A stretch of DNA of 64,000 nucleotides. It comes from Rhynchopus sp. YZ270_cl-10. Lineage: Eukaryota. The stretch covers positions 1,488,001 to 1,552,000 of the forward strand of contig OZ037841.1 of NCBI GenBank assembly GCA_964035575.1, read 5' to 3'. This document shows positions 9,965 to 22,541 of this stretch, piece by piece. The notes below the pieces were generated by a model, which saw nothing but the letters and a program-made list of their open reading frames with translations, had not been told where the DNA came from and searched no databases. How positions within the stretch are numbered: position 1 is the stretch's first letter; every line of letters begins with the position of its first letter. The position numbers and the translations under genes were made by a program.

Positions 9965-11817
9965 CCCCCCCCCGTAGGGGGAGCAGTGAGACCCTTTTTT
10001 CTGTCACACCCCCCAAAAAATCATGAAAAAGGGCAAAAAAAAATATCCGAAAACACAAAACCACCCCAGAAAACACATTTGTGGTACTATTTCTTACTTT
10101 TTGATACCTTTTTGGAACTTTTTGGCACTTTTTTTCTCGATTTTTTGACACTTTTTGTCGCGTTTTCACCCAATTTCCCCCTTTTCAGAGGGGATTTGGT
10201 ACAAGGCGATTTATCAAAAAATTCAAAATTTTGAAATAGGCCAAAACAAGAGGAAAAGTGGTTTTTTCCAGTCAGATGTGTGCACGGAGTGATTTCCGTG
10301 GGGTTTTGGAGCCAAAAGTCCAGTTTTTTTCATGTCTTTGCTGAAAATTTTGAATTTTTTTTATACACAAAAACCACATTTTAGCCGGGAGGAAGAAGTG
10401 TGACAGAAGTGTGACATCTGAGAGGTTTCGAGCCAGAGGTCACCAAAATGGGCAAAACCATCTGAAAACAATTTTTTCCACCCCCAGTGGGGTCCGGCAA
10501 TCACTTTCGAGTGGTTTTGGGGACTTATGTGAACCTGTGGACAATTTTTTTGGGGCTTTTATGTGTGTAAACATGCTAAGAAGTGAGGGCAGTACTGCTT
10601 TTTTAAGCGTTTCAGACACTACAGAATACATCTGGGGCCCACACAGGACCCCTAAAAGCTGCAAAAACCATACATTTCCACCCTGGGACCCCACCGGATG
10701 TGGACCGAGGTGGTTTTCGGGTGTTTAGAAGGCCGAATGTCTCCTCAAATATTTTTTTTGAAAAGTGTTGAAAATTGACCCAATAGCGTTACGCGAGCGT
10801 TACGCATTTTTGGCCTTTTTTTCACAAAAAACCGATTTTTTTAAATCAGGAAAGTCTCTGTAGTCTAACAAAAGCGCGCAAAACGTCTTTGTGACGTTTT
10901 TTATTAAAAACATTTTTTTATTATTTTGCGCGTTTTTTGATTATTTTTGCGCGTTTTACGTACGTACCAACATGTATGTGTAGAGGTTGTCAGGTGGTTT
11001 AATGGGATATTTAGGTGATCCCCAGGGCGATTTGCGGCCAGGTACGACCTTTTTGGTGGATTTCTTCACCTAAATTTCAAAAAAATGGGTTTGTGACAGT
11101 ATTTGTACAGGGATTTATACACCACTGACCCCCCTAACCCCCCCCCCCCGTGCATAAGTCCGACCCCCATGACCCGTGCATAAGTCCGATGACCCGTGTA
11201 TAAGTCCGGGCAGATTTGGGCTCAGGATCGGACTTATGCACAGGCCGACTTATACACCGGTTTTGTGTACTAGTGGTGGGGAGAAATTTTTTTGAGGCGT
11301 TTTCCCGCTCGCGAAGCGAGCGGGAGAAAAAATTTGAGGTATTTTTCCGCGAGCGAAGCGAGCGTAACTTTATTTTTATGGGTGGTGTATTCACCAGGGA
11401 TCATCTTCACGCTTCTCATGTCAAAACATCATCCTCACAATGCTCAAAGATGTGCACCTGTTACTGCAACATTGTGGAAAACTTTGCACCCCAAACAGTC
11501 TCAACAGCCAAAAGGTGTCCCTTGTTGAGTGGGTTCTCATGTTTGATACCTGCACAGCAAGCATTCCTCCAACGCTGTTTGGCCTGTCTGCGGCGTTGTG
11601 CCGAAGGTGCACGAAGACAGGGTAAATTTTGCGGTGTCACATGTGGGTCACTCACACTGAGGTCATGTGACCCTGCATGGGTCTGGGTACCTGGGTGCAC
11701 AAAACCGGTGTATAAGTCCGATACCCGTGCATAAGTCCGAAACCCCGTGTATAAGTCCGGAGGCCCTCAGCCCCCCCAAAAATCGGACTTATACGCAGAC
11801 TTATGCACGGGGGGGGG
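9965..11817. mobile_element. Tc1/mariner-pogo-type MITE whose left TIR is split by a later insertion
   Basis: TA flanks at 9963-9964 and 11818-11819. Rejoined left end C9-G-TGCATAAGTC is the exact reverse complement of the right end GACTTATGCA-C-G9. About 10 GTG(C/T)ATAAGTC subterminal repeats at 11149-11260 and 11706-11810. Confidence 0.75.
9975..11136. mobile_element. TIR element inserted into the left TIR of the pogo-like MITE
   Basis: TIRs TAGGGGGAGCAGTG and CACTGACCCCCCTA match 12/14. Target A-(C)n-G is duplicated at 9964-9974 and 11137-11150, with a different C-run length. Confidence 0.65.
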
Positions 11818-12743
11818 TAGGTACCTAACAAAACTACCGCCATTGATTTTGCTACCACGCTGTTTTTTTTTTTCTCCAAGGTGTTTGTTTTCCTCGCTGC
11901 ATTGCATTTACGTTTTTTTTTTCCCATCCTTTTTTTTGTGCCTTCTTAGATCTTCAGCTGACTGTGCACGCGAGGCTTAGGTTCATCTCACTTTTTTCTT
12001 TTTCGTGCAAGATGTGCACGCAAGGTCCTTTCATCCAACAACAGGGGTCCTTATTTCTTCTTTACGGCGTTGCTACTACTACTTTCAAATTTTTTGCTTT
12101 ATTTTTCTGAACAGAAAAGACTCTGTTCTTCGACACACGTGGATATGCAAAAAACGGAGTATCACATCCAAGAGACTCACAACTTTCAGGTGAGTCACTA
12201 CATTTCTTGCAACGGGTATTTTTTCTTTTCTTTTTTCCATTCTCAGGTGACTACAGAATTCCGGAAAAAAATCGTGGGGCGAGACCCCCCCCACCCCCAC
12301 CCCCCCCACTCCCGTAAAAAATAACCCCTGATTCTCCTCTTAAGCCCCTTCATCCCCCCTTCGCGAGCTACTCCCCAAAAAAAAGCAACCCCCTTTCCTA
12401 CACATACATTCCTAATTGACGAGAAGCCCTCTCCCTCCCCTCTCCTCCCCCCTCCTCTACCGATCGGACAACCGTAGATACCAGGGGCTAGAAAATGGGA
12501 GTTCCTCTCGTACTACCCCATATTGCTGTCGACATACGCTGGCCCGATGGGGCTCTCACAACAACAAACTCTTTGGAGGTTTTCCGTCATTTCCGTTTCC
12601 ACCCCTCAAGATAACATTGCCTTCCGACGTTCCGACTCACACACACACCCCCTACCCACTCCAGACACGCCCCCCTTTAAAAAATGGCATTCGGTTCAAG
12701 CATTTCATAATTGTATATTGTAACCCCTCTGCTTCACTCCTTC

Positions 12744-13847
12744 ATGCGTTCCAGCCGCGAAGCGAAACGCGAAAAACTTCGTTTACAACAAGCACGGCAA
12801 CGACGGCATGAAGAACGTCAGAAGGCTCGCATTGTGGAAGCACAGACTGCTTACCACGCAGCCCGCAACAGCGAACGCGATGAAGAACGCAGTCGGTGGC
12901 TCGCCTACGACAGTGAAAGCACTTTGAAGGGCGCGTACTCGAAGTGGCGAGAGCACGACGTTGCCTTCGCCTCTGCCATTCAACAACTGGAACAGTCGTA
13001 CAAAAGCCACCTCCGGCAGCAGGACGACGCACAACAGCTGCATGCCACCCACACTGCCAAACCCACTGCACCCTCCTCTCTCCGCCCCTTCAACCCTTGG
13101 ACCGAACAGCTCTATCTCCCCAAGCTCCGCGAACCCCCCAAGGTCGACCGCCGCCGCACCTCCTACCGCCTCTACGAGGAATGCATCCACCGAACCACCA
13201 CCACAAACATCGACGCCCTCATCGAGGCAGTCGAATCCTGCTGTCTCGAAAACGGCGGCGACTCAACCGGCTTCGACTCCTACATCGGGACAAAGGATTT
13301 CTGCAAAATGCTATTAACCTGCAACTCCGAAATGGAGCTCGATGACATAAAATATATCGTAGAAAATGTCATCGCAAAAGGGAGAGCCTATTTGACCTTT
13401 GCAGAGCTAGGGGTGGTGGTAAGAGAGGAGATGCTGGGGGAAAGGGTGCGGGTAGGGAATGTGTATGCCTGCTATGCAAAGTTGTTTCCGACAGCGTCGA
13501 TTGTGAAGTATTTGAATCAGGCTGGAGGGTGGAAGGCATCAGAGAAATCCCGGCGTGCGGAGTTACAAGGGTTTCTTGGTCCAGAGCTTTGTACTGCGAA
13601 AGAGTTGGAGCAGGTGAAGGATGGGCAAGGCTGGAACAGCAACACCGCCAGCACAGCGCGCCACACCATGGTGGTCACCTTCGTTGCCACAGCGGTTGAG
13701 CGGAACCTCATTGAACCACTCCACGAACGTCCCCTCGCACCCCTCCCCTTCGCCAAGGCATTGCTTCTCGATGGCGACGTTTTTGTCACCTTCTTCGGAG
13801 CGTTGTTCGATCATATCTACGAAAAGGTTGTAGTCCGGCATACTTAA
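12744..13847 (+). CDS. Hypothetical protein with N-terminal coiled coil and possible degenerate EF-hand pair
   Basis: 378-aa ORF with coding-like composition, charged helical N-terminus, and YIGTKDFCKML / LTFAEL EF-like segments. First ATG at 12744. Confidence 0.7.
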   Translation: MRSSREAKREKLRLQQARQRRHEERQKARIVEAQTAYHAARNSERDEERSRWLAYDSESTLKGAYSKWREHDVAFASAIQQLEQSYKSHLRQQDDAQQLHATHTAKPTAPSSLRPFNPWTEQLYLPKLREPPKVDRRRTSYRLYEECIHRTTTTNIDALIEAVESCCLENGGDSTGFDSYIGTKDFCKMLLTCNSEMELDDIKYIVENVIAKGRAYLTFAELGVVVREEMLGERVRVGNVYACYAKLFPTASIVKYLNQAGGWKASEKSRRAELQGFLGPELCTAKELEQVKDGQGWNSNTASTARHTMVVTFVATAVERNLIEPLHERPLAPLPFAKALLLDGDVFVTFFGALFDHIYEKVVVRHT

Positions 13848-14411
13848 AGCAAGATCGACTATCGAGTGTTTTCACAGTTTTATATGTGGAAAATTATTTC
13901 CCCCAAAAAAAATTCCCAACTTTTTACAACGTTGGGGGTTCCCCTGGGGTAAAAGAATTGGTTCCGGTTTGTATGATGGAGTTGAAGTAAGAGGGCCTAT
14001 TATGTACCTATTATCCCTGGATAATAAGGTGTATCCCCTTCCATAGGCGTTTCTCGGACCCCCATATGGCATGTAGAGGTGCCCTTTTTTATGGGGGGGG
14101 TATGGTAGAGAAAGGAAAGAGATGATGTATGCATCTCTGGAAAAAGGCCTTTTGGAGAACGATACCTTAACCGATGCAATGCGAGAGCAGCAAAAATAAA
14201 ATGGCTGATTTTTTTCGTTTCAAATTATAGCTGTACTTCCTCAAACACCCTACACAGAAAACCACAAAAACCTACACAAAAAAACTACCGCTTTCCTCCA
14301 CCCCACCCCCCACCCCTTCTCCCACAATAACGGTGTAACCACACCTCCCCCACCTCCCCTTTCGGGGGGGAGGTGCCCCCCTCTTCCCCCCTTCCCTTTC
14401 CCTGATTTTCA

Positions 14412-17400
14412 ATGCTTTTCATTGCAGTATTTAATCAACTATTATGTTACGCAGCTGACCCTGTCGCTGAATATGAGGTTGTGGGTGCGACACATATGGC
14501 TAGCGGGTATTGTGACCCTTTGATATTTGGTTGGGGATATCTGGGGTTAGGGGAAGGTGAGGCTGGTCCGTTTCCTTTGGAGTCTGCAAAAACTAGGAGT
14601 GGGGTGGGGGGGATAGATTTGGATGGGTTCTCTGCGGCTACTTCAACGAATTTATCACTTTCACTTCGAGGACGTGGTGAGGTTTCGATAGGGGTTGGAA
14701 GGAAGACGGCGACGCATACTCACCTTATCACATATATTGACATTCGAGACGAAGTAGATCAGAACAGCTCCGCGAACGACAACGCCGCCGCCATGCTCTC
14801 TGTCGTCAAAGCAACCTACCTCCACAGCAGCGCCTCTCGTCTCTTTCTCGACCGAGACGACTATACCTATGATACTACCCCAGCCCCGGTCGACGCCTTC
14901 TTCTATTTCAGCTCTCCTGCACAATGGAAAAGCTATTTATCCTGCGGAACCGATTTATTGACAGTTACGTTGACGGATAGCACCTTATTTCCTAGACAGC
15001 TGGCGAATGATGGGATATTTGTCGCTTTTACGGATGTTTCAGATGCAAGCAGATCGGAGATCCTTTCGGAGGCATTTGTTTGGGACGTCTTTTTGTTTTC
15101 TCGCGATGGGATGGAAGGACTGCTTTGGGGACGGCAGATGCTTCCTCATCAGTCCACCTCCGATTTTTGCGAATCTGAGTATTCTTCCTCCCCGCAACCT
15201 ACACCTCATTCTGCCCCTTCCACTACAGTCTCCATCCACCGCATCACCCCAGCCGTCTGCGCACAACGCCTCCTCTACCTCCAAGTCAAAGTGAACACAA
15301 CAGATTCCTCCGTCATTTCATCAAAAATCATTGTCCTAGAAGGCGAAATGTCGCATGAATACTCCCCCGAAGGAAAAATTGTGTATGGTTTAACCAGTTG
15401 GTCGATGGGGGCAGAATCATTAAACCAAGATGAGGTAGATGCAGGGGAGGATCCGGGGGATGAGGGCTGTATCTTTTCTTGGGTGGAGTGTGATCAGAGG
15501 GCAACGGCGTTGAAATTTCATGCCTCGTTGTCGGAGGGGGCTGAGGCAGGGAACGTTCCGTTTTTGACAGTAGACCTCGTTGCTTCCGCAGAATTTCAAA
15601 AAGATGGTGACGAATCCTCCTGCGATGTTGTGGTCGAAGAGTTTCCTTCTCTCACCTTTCGTAAAATGCACATCGAGCGCGAATCTGTTTCGACAGAAAA
15701 CGAAGCGTATTGGACCTCCCATCCTGATCTTTTAGAAAACTCCGGGGTCGTGGAGGCGGTAGAAGGCGGTGGGGACTATCTGTTTCTCAAAAAAGTTGAT
15801 GTTCCGAAGATTAGCGCCTATAAAATTGCCGACATTTCGCTGTTCTCATATGTAAACACCACAACTACATCCCTCTCGAACGATCCTTCCCTTGAAGCCC
15901 CTTCAGTTGATTACACCCAAAACGCCTATAATGGAACGAACTATGATATCAGAATGCACTCTGCGCTGCATTCTTCGGTTCTATTTGTTGCATTTGACAG
16001 CAATACGACGGAAAGCAGTCTATCCACTGAGAGACTCTTCATGACCAGAATGCCAGTAAGCATTGCAGCCGAAAGCGAAATCCCGGAGTCACTTCAACAA
16101 TACACCTGCATTTTACCGGCAGGGTTGGACACAGAATACGTATCCTCTAAGTACGACACCATCATCGCTCGGCGTGAGAACGGAGAACACCTTCTCCGCT
16201 TCGATTTAGACAAAGACAATGACCAACTCTTTGACAAACAAGACCGCTTTCCGCTCGCATCTCGAGACACATGGGACAGAGATAACGACGGTGTTGCCGA
16301 TGAGGCTGACATATTTGATGCACGCTCTCTTACATCCTGCGAGAACGACATCCTCTACCGCACCGAAACCTGCATGGCTGACATCGAAATTATGTACATC
16401 ATATGGGCGATCTTCACGGTTATCGTTCTTTCTGTTGCGCTTTCGATAGGAAAATACAAAGAAACGCTGCTGAAGGAGGGCGACAAAGTGGGGACCCATC
16501 TCGAAGAAGACCAGGTCTATGAGGAAATGCTGGAGGAGGCAGAAACCGCAACCTTCCTCGAGCGCATGCAGGCCCTGGTCGACATCCGCAGTCGCGTCGA
16601 CAAATTTAACGCATTGGAAAGCCTTGTACAGTACTTTCTGTTGCTCCTGACGTTGGTCTCAGTTATTCTCGTTGTGGTGCCGTTATGGAACAAAACACAT
16701 CTGGACCAATCTACGCTCCACATCTTCGCATGGCTTGACCTCTACACAGCTTCTCTCTTTGCAATCGATCTCATCTTCCGGTGGGTCTACAGAGAAGATA
16801 GTACGATGACGTTTTGGGCGTTTTTTAAGGCAAATTGGTTTGACTTTCCTTCGTTGGTGTGCGATCTGCCGGGGCTGACTACGACAGGAACCTTTGATGT
16901 GTTGGTTGCGGCAAGGTTGTTGAGGTTACTGCGTATCTTCAAAGTGTTTAGGGTCATGCGTCTCTACAGAAAGGTGACCAATCAAAGCGCGTACGTCGCC
17001 TTGGTGGTAAATCATACGCAGTGGTTGGTGCCGATCATTGCGTTGCTGTTGTTGATCGCGGTGGCTGTGGTGATTAAAATTGTCGAGCAAGGTAGTCAAG
17101 AGAAGTTCGAATCCTATTGGAACTGCCTCTGGTTCTGCTTTGTCACTGCAACAACAGTAGGCTACGGCGATATGGTACCAATTCATTGGTTCGGACGTCT
17201 CCTGGCGTGCCTCCTTATGATTTGTGGTATTGGGATGATAGGAAACATTACTGCCCGGGTTTCTGAGAAAATCAGTCAAACTGGGTATCAACGTGCTCAA
17301 GAGAAAGAACGAAAGGAACGCCACGAAGACCACCCCGCAATAAAATTGGCGTTGTTGGAGCTGAGTGTGTCGTTTAACCCGCTTGTTATGTTGAAGGATA

Positions 17401-19226
17401 AGAGGAATGAGCATGTTGATGTTTTGTCGCAGCAATTTATGTCGCCGAGGTACCGTGATGCGGCGATCATGCGGCAAAACCACCGTATATTTGATGAGCT
17501 CGAAGGGAACAACAACAACAACAACAACACTAACAACAACAATGAGCACCCCCTTCTTGCTGCCGACCACGCATCTCCTCTCGTTGCCACACGAAACTCT
17601 CTAAACACAACCCGCCCCGCCAACTCCCCGCACTCCAGCAAGGAAAGCAATACCCGCGCCCCCTCCGCCTTCCACATCGACTTCTCCATCGACGACGGAT
17701 CCGACCTAACCGAAAGCGATGCGCAGTCTGGTGGCAGCTCTTTCGGCTCCTCCGCCGGCGCTGACGCTACTCAAGGAATCGTCGAAATCAGACGACTTTG
17801 GAGAGGAAAAGGGTTCTACGGTCGTATCATCAAAAACGCTTTCATCAGAGCAACTTCCTCAGCATTCAACGAACACATGAATGAAACCACCAAGGCCGTC
17901 CACGACAAATACATCCCCCCATCGGAGATCGCAGAAGCCCTCCACGCAGACCCTGATCTCAGAAGACTGCGCCGCAAGCTTACACAGGTCCAGGAGGCTG
18001 CCTTTGAGGACGTTCTTCTTCTCCTCCAAAAACCTGCCTATAAACACAAAATCATAACCTGGGATATCTTTGAACAAGAGTTGATTCAGTCGCAAGAATA
18101 CACCTACGCGGTTGCCGAGGATATGATCAAAAAAAACAAACAAATTGAATGGAACTGGGGGCGTTACAGTGATGATCACCTTGTTCAAAAATTACGAAAA
18201 TTTCGTGAAAACAGACCAGATGCGTTGCCGCAGTGCAAAGACAAGCTTTTTTTACTGCTTCTTCGATACAAACTGGATGAAACATACAAAGGCGTGACTG
18301 ATTGGGAGAAAATGTTTCTGAGGTTGAATTCTGTTATTTTCAAGAAACCGCGGAAAAATGAGTTGATTGTTGAAAAGGTATTTTCTGTTGGCTATTTCGA
18401 AGAAGGTGCGGGGGAGGAAGAGGACAACCCAGCAGAACGCGAAAGCATCTACGACTGGCAGGATCCTCTCGAATCGGTGTTTCATGAGATCGAAACGATT
18501 CTCCGGCAGCACAACGTCCATAACGTAGAGGGCTATCAAGAAATCCTTTTCGCCATTGAATCTATTGCCATCCAATTTGACCGCATCGAATGCACGAAAT
18601 GGGCGCTGCACCATTTGGAATGGGGGAAGCACTCAGAGGTCACTCTCATTCCTCGACCGCCTCTTTCGCTTGAAAAGGCGCGGACGAACATTGTCAACCC
18701 GCTTCTCCACTTCCCCAAGGCTATCCGCTGTAACTACGAGAACATTAACGGGGTATGCGCCGGGCTTCTTACGTTCGTTGAATATTCTGCAGCAGCCGCA
18801 GGGCGTGCGACTGCTGAGAGGGAAGATGACGACCTGATGCGGTTCTGTGAGAAGACGGCGTCATCTGCTTCGGAAGAGAAAGACGACGATGACGAAAAGG
18901 AAGAAGAACACTTACCGCTCACGGCACAGACCTTAAGCGGAATGTCCGACGACGACGACGAAGTACTCTGCATGGGCACGCGCTGTACCACACGCCGTAG
19001 GATCGGCCTAAGCGATACACACAAAAGCCTTGCGCTGGATGGTACCATGACCCAGATGGTCCCGCTCCTGGAGGATCCACGCGGCTTCTTTGAATGCCCA
19101 AAGCTCCACTACCGCCTCTGTGTTGACTGTGCAAAGGTCACCCACGCAGAAGGTGAGCACGACGGTGTCGAGGTGAAGTCGCAACGATCCGCAAAGTCTG
19201 GAAGTCGAAGTTCGATTATGTCGACG
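14412..19226 (+). CDS. Voltage-gated K+ channel-like protein, exon 1 (large ectodomain, extra TM, S1-S6, long C-terminus)
   Basis: Selectivity filter TTVGYGD, S4 RLLRLLRIFKVFRVMRLYR and six flanking hydrophobic helices. Asp-rich DKDNDQLFD/DRDNDGVAD repeats. Coding character ends at a GTATGT donor at 19227. Confidence 0.9.
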
Positions 19227-20007
19227 GTATGTCATTTTTTTTTCGTTTTTTTTTTTTGTTCCATGAACGAGACCAGGGTCCTAGCTTGGTTTTGGAAAAA
19301 AATGCCAAATCTGGGTCAGAATTTTTTTTTTGGGTCAGCAGAGGTTTTGGGCCTTGGGGGGCTTGTCTTGGCTTTTTTGGGTTTTCCGAGCTCTACCCTC
19401 ACTGTGGTGGGGTCATTTCAGAAAAATGGACAAGTTCTTGACTGATACAAATTTTGGCCACTACGACTAGTGAGTTGCTCACAACGTTAAGTGGAACGCT
19501 ACTATAACCATAAAAATCACTCCCGTTCATAGATCACCCAACACAAAATATATAAAATGGCGCCGCAGGCGAAAAAAAATAGGGTACGGTGTAAAAATGT
19601 AGCTTTTTACACCACAGAGTCACTCTACGAACCCTTTTTTGCGGAGCAAAAAAGGAAAAATGGCGCCGCAGGCAAAAAAAATTGGGTCCAGCCCTGGACG
19701 GTGCCGGATTTTTTTGTCGATATTTTTTTTCTTACCCCAGAAAAGGTGGTGGGCCCCCCCAAAGAGGGGAAAAAATCAGAATTTCCCAATTTCCAAATTA
19801 ATTAATTCCCTTTTTTTTTTTTTGATAAAACAACTTGTTGTCAATTCTAAAAAGATTGGAGGCAGCGCTGCAGGGCAAACAAAACGGATTGAAAAAAACA
19901 GAAGCTTGCTTGTTTCTTTGAGTACTCAATTAACCACAACAACCGTACTTCAGTTTAACACATTTTTTCACCTTTTTGTTTTCCCGGCTTTGAGCGCACA
20001 AACAAAA

Positions 20008-21018
20008 ATGTCGTTTCCTAGAGTGGACGAGATCGACTGGACTGATGTCCCCCGCGTTCAGTGGCCTTCTACACAGGAGGGTAAAAGCCCAACCACCACT
20101 TGCGTCTTCCCCTTGTGCGCAACTACACACAGGGAACCTACATCTTGCAAACGCTGTGGGGGGGGAACAAAGACAACGTGCTCAGAGTTTCTCAAGCTTC
20201 CCGAAGAGGAACGCGATGCATGGACGGAGGCCATCGGCAACCTCCCGGACAAGCTCATTTGCCCCCCGTGCTGTTATGCCATCCGTCAGGGGGCACCAGT
20301 ACCTGGAATGGCCGCCACAGAGTTGGTCGGTAACACAGACGACGAGTCTGTTCACAACCATGGGGTCAATCCCCAAGTCCCCAACATCGAGGAGCTGTTG
20401 GGGCAAGTCACCGATCCTGCCATGCAGGCCCTCATGACTATTATGATGCAGAGGATCACCGCTCCCGCTCAGACGGAAGCTGCGGCCCAACATCTCGCCG
20501 ACGAGGCAGAGTACAGCATCCCCATCGTCTCTACTTGGGCATGGGAGGAGCGGTCCAATTTGGGCAAAAGGGAGTTGCGCCGGAGCCTTGAGCATAGGTA
20601 CGGTAATCAGGTTCCAGAGGAGCCTGCAGCTGCCGGAGGAGGGCACGAGAAACGCGTCCTGCTGAGGATACTCGTGTGCCTCCTCCAGGGACAGACGAAC
20701 GATGCTATGCATCACGCAGTGTCCCGGCTCGAGTCCATACAGAAGAGCCACGCCATCCCTCAGAATAAGAGTGACTTCGTCGCCAGGCAAGCCGTAGCGA
20801 ACGCCTTCGAAACGCGGAGCTGGGCCAAGACGAGCGCTCTCTGGAACCTGGACCAATACCAGGCAGCGTGCCAAGACGCGGTTAAGGCAGCTGAAAAGTC
20901 ACCCAAACAGGACAACAAACGTGGAGCGGGACAAGCTTTTGGGAACTCCACGGGTACCAAGAAGCCGCGAGGGGGCGCACCGAAGAAGGACACGCCCCCG
21001 GACCAACAGCGCAAGTGA
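20008..21018 (+). CDS. Gag-like ORF1 with N-terminal Cys-rich (PHD-like) zinc finger
   Basis: ATG immediately after the 25-bp repeat. CVFPLC..H..CKRC..C..CPPC, helical middle, basic low-complexity C-terminus. Lies upstream of the YR. Confidence 0.65.
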   Translation: MSFPRVDEIDWTDVPRVQWPSTQEGKSPTTTCVFPLCATTHREPTSCKRCGGGTKTTCSEFLKLPEEERDAWTEAIGNLPDKLICPPCCYAIRQGAPVPGMAATELVGNTDDESVHNHGVNPQVPNIEELLGQVTDPAMQALMTIMMQRITAPAQTEAAAQHLADEAEYSIPIVSTWAWEERSNLGKRELRRSLEHRYGNQVPEEPAAAGGGHEKRVLLRILVCLLQGQTNDAMHHAVSRLESIQKSHAIPQNKSDFVARQAVANAFETRSWAKTSALWNLDQYQAACQDAVKAAEKSPKQDNKRGAGQAFGNSTGTKKPRGGAPKKDTPPDQQRK

Positions 21019-21099
21019 CACAATACGAAAACTCCTTCCCCGTCTTCCCTTCCACTATCTTCACCAACCCTTCTCCCAGCTCCCAGTCAACACCTCGAG

Positions 21100-22008
21100 A
21101 TGTGGATGCCACAACTGACCAATCGTCGGCCTCGCCTCATCGATTCCCCTCCACCAAACGCTACCCATCTTTACAACACCACACTTGCCCATCTTTCCTC
21201 CTGTTACAGGAGCCCCGACGCATTCCTTTCTGTAATTCGCCGGGGCGACCTTTTTTTCCAACAACTGAGGGTACAACTTCCGAGCATCTCACAGGACCTG
21301 GCCTTCTGCATGTGGATTACCCAACTGCACAAAGAAGGTCGGTTATCCACCAGGAGTGCTCTACAGTACCTCACTTGGCATACAATGTCAAAAAAACATA
21401 CAGTGGACGCCATGAGGCTCCACTTGTCCCACAACGTTCAAGAATACGAGCTACACGAGGCGAAAATGGAACGGCTAGTACCATACTCACAAATCGCGAC
21501 TTTCCTGAACAAAGCCACTGGTGCCATGCAGGCAGCCCTCAGCCTACAATTAGCCACGGGGTGCAGGTGTGTGGATCTGGTCAACCTCCGTGCAAACCAG
21601 GTGAAGAAGCTCAACTTGCATTCCAAAATGATGGTGACGTTCGTTGGAGGCAAGACCGATCGGACCAACAGCGGTCAGTCAATACTGATTCCCTTGGATC
21701 TCCCAGTGGCACAACCCTTCTTCTCGTGGACAGAGAAGGCTCGAGACCCCTCATCGAAACTTCTCCCGGCACTCACCAACAAGTCGTACAATGCCTTTCT
21801 AAAAAAGGGCCTCGCCACCACCTCCCACAAGATACGCACCAGCGTGTTGGACCATGTGTCCCAGTCCTTCGGACTGAACGTGAAGGGGGAGGAAGCAGCG
21901 CAGGCCCTGGGGCGCCACAAGAGCCCCTCCACCACGCGCCACTACACGCGACGCGAAACCTGGGCCAGCACGGTGAAGACGGCGCTTGGCACCGGAATAT
22001 TCAACTGA
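21100..22008 (+). CDS. Tyrosine recombinase (phage-integrase family)
   Basis: Catalytic set in order: ATGCR (R), GGKTD (K), HKIR (HxxR), LGRH (H), TTRHY (Y). Confidence 0.9.
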   Translation: MWMPQLTNRRPRLIDSPPPNATHLYNTTLAHLSSCYRSPDAFLSVIRRGDLFFQQLRVQLPSISQDLAFCMWITQLHKEGRLSTRSALQYLTWHTMSKKHTVDAMRLHLSHNVQEYELHEAKMERLVPYSQIATFLNKATGAMQAALSLQLATGCRCVDLVNLRANQVKKLNLHSKMMVTFVGGKTDRTNSGQSILIPLDLPVAQPFFSWTEKARDPSSKLLPALTNKSYNAFLKKGLATTSHKIRTSVLDHVSQSFGLNVKGEEAAQALGRHKSPSTTRHYTRRETWASTVKTALGTGIFN

Positions 22009-22541
22009 GTACGCGCCCTTTCTTACGCTCTTTTCTTCTGTACGATTATTCGGCAGCCTGGCTGGAACGTCACGGACCTTCCTTCCAGAAGGCCGCGTAC
22101 GAAGGGATCATCGACCCCGCTCCCACCTCCCACATCAACGAGACCTTACTTTGCGCAGACTTTCCCCATTTGAGAATCAACTTCGCGTGGATACAACCTG
22201 ACATGCTCAACACCCTTGCAACCATCACAGACGCCAAGACAAACCTAGGTCCCCCCAACAACAAACTAACCGCGCATACCCAGGAACTCATCTCCTCTAA
22301 TTTTGCTGAGGCTACACCGAGACAGGTTCCCAGGGTCTGGGTGGGAAACGGAGCTTTCTGCGTGGAGAAGTCTAAGAAGGGCCATCTGAGATTTATCCTC
22401 AACTGCAAACAGGCGAACGGCTGGACGAAACAGGGACCCGACCTACCACCTTGCCACCTCCCGTCGTACGCAGCGATCAGGGATCTTCTTCTGGCAAACA
22501 GTCATTTTCAGGAGCTTGATTTTCGAGCACCCCGGCTTTGA
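22000..22541 (+). pseudogene. N-terminal part of a DIRS/VIPER-type reverse transcriptase, truncated at motif A
   Basis: AFCVEKSKKGHLRFILNCKQAN, LPS, FQELDFR in the 21015-22541 frame. The frame stops inside the 25-bp repeat; no YxDD or RNase H. Confidence 0.75.

Noticed and set aside
11149..11260. GTGCATAAGTCCG repeat cluster as a CRISPR array or iterons
   Set aside because: Short, irregularly spaced and in both orientations; explained as MITE subterminal repeats.
19227..19445. C-terminal 72 aa of the 1677-aa ORF as listed
   Set aside because: Poly-T and MITE sequence after a good splice donor; most likely intron read-through.
19639..20007. N-terminal extension of the 459-aa ORF
   Set aside because: Runs through MITE core and A/T tracts; coding character starts at ATG 20008.
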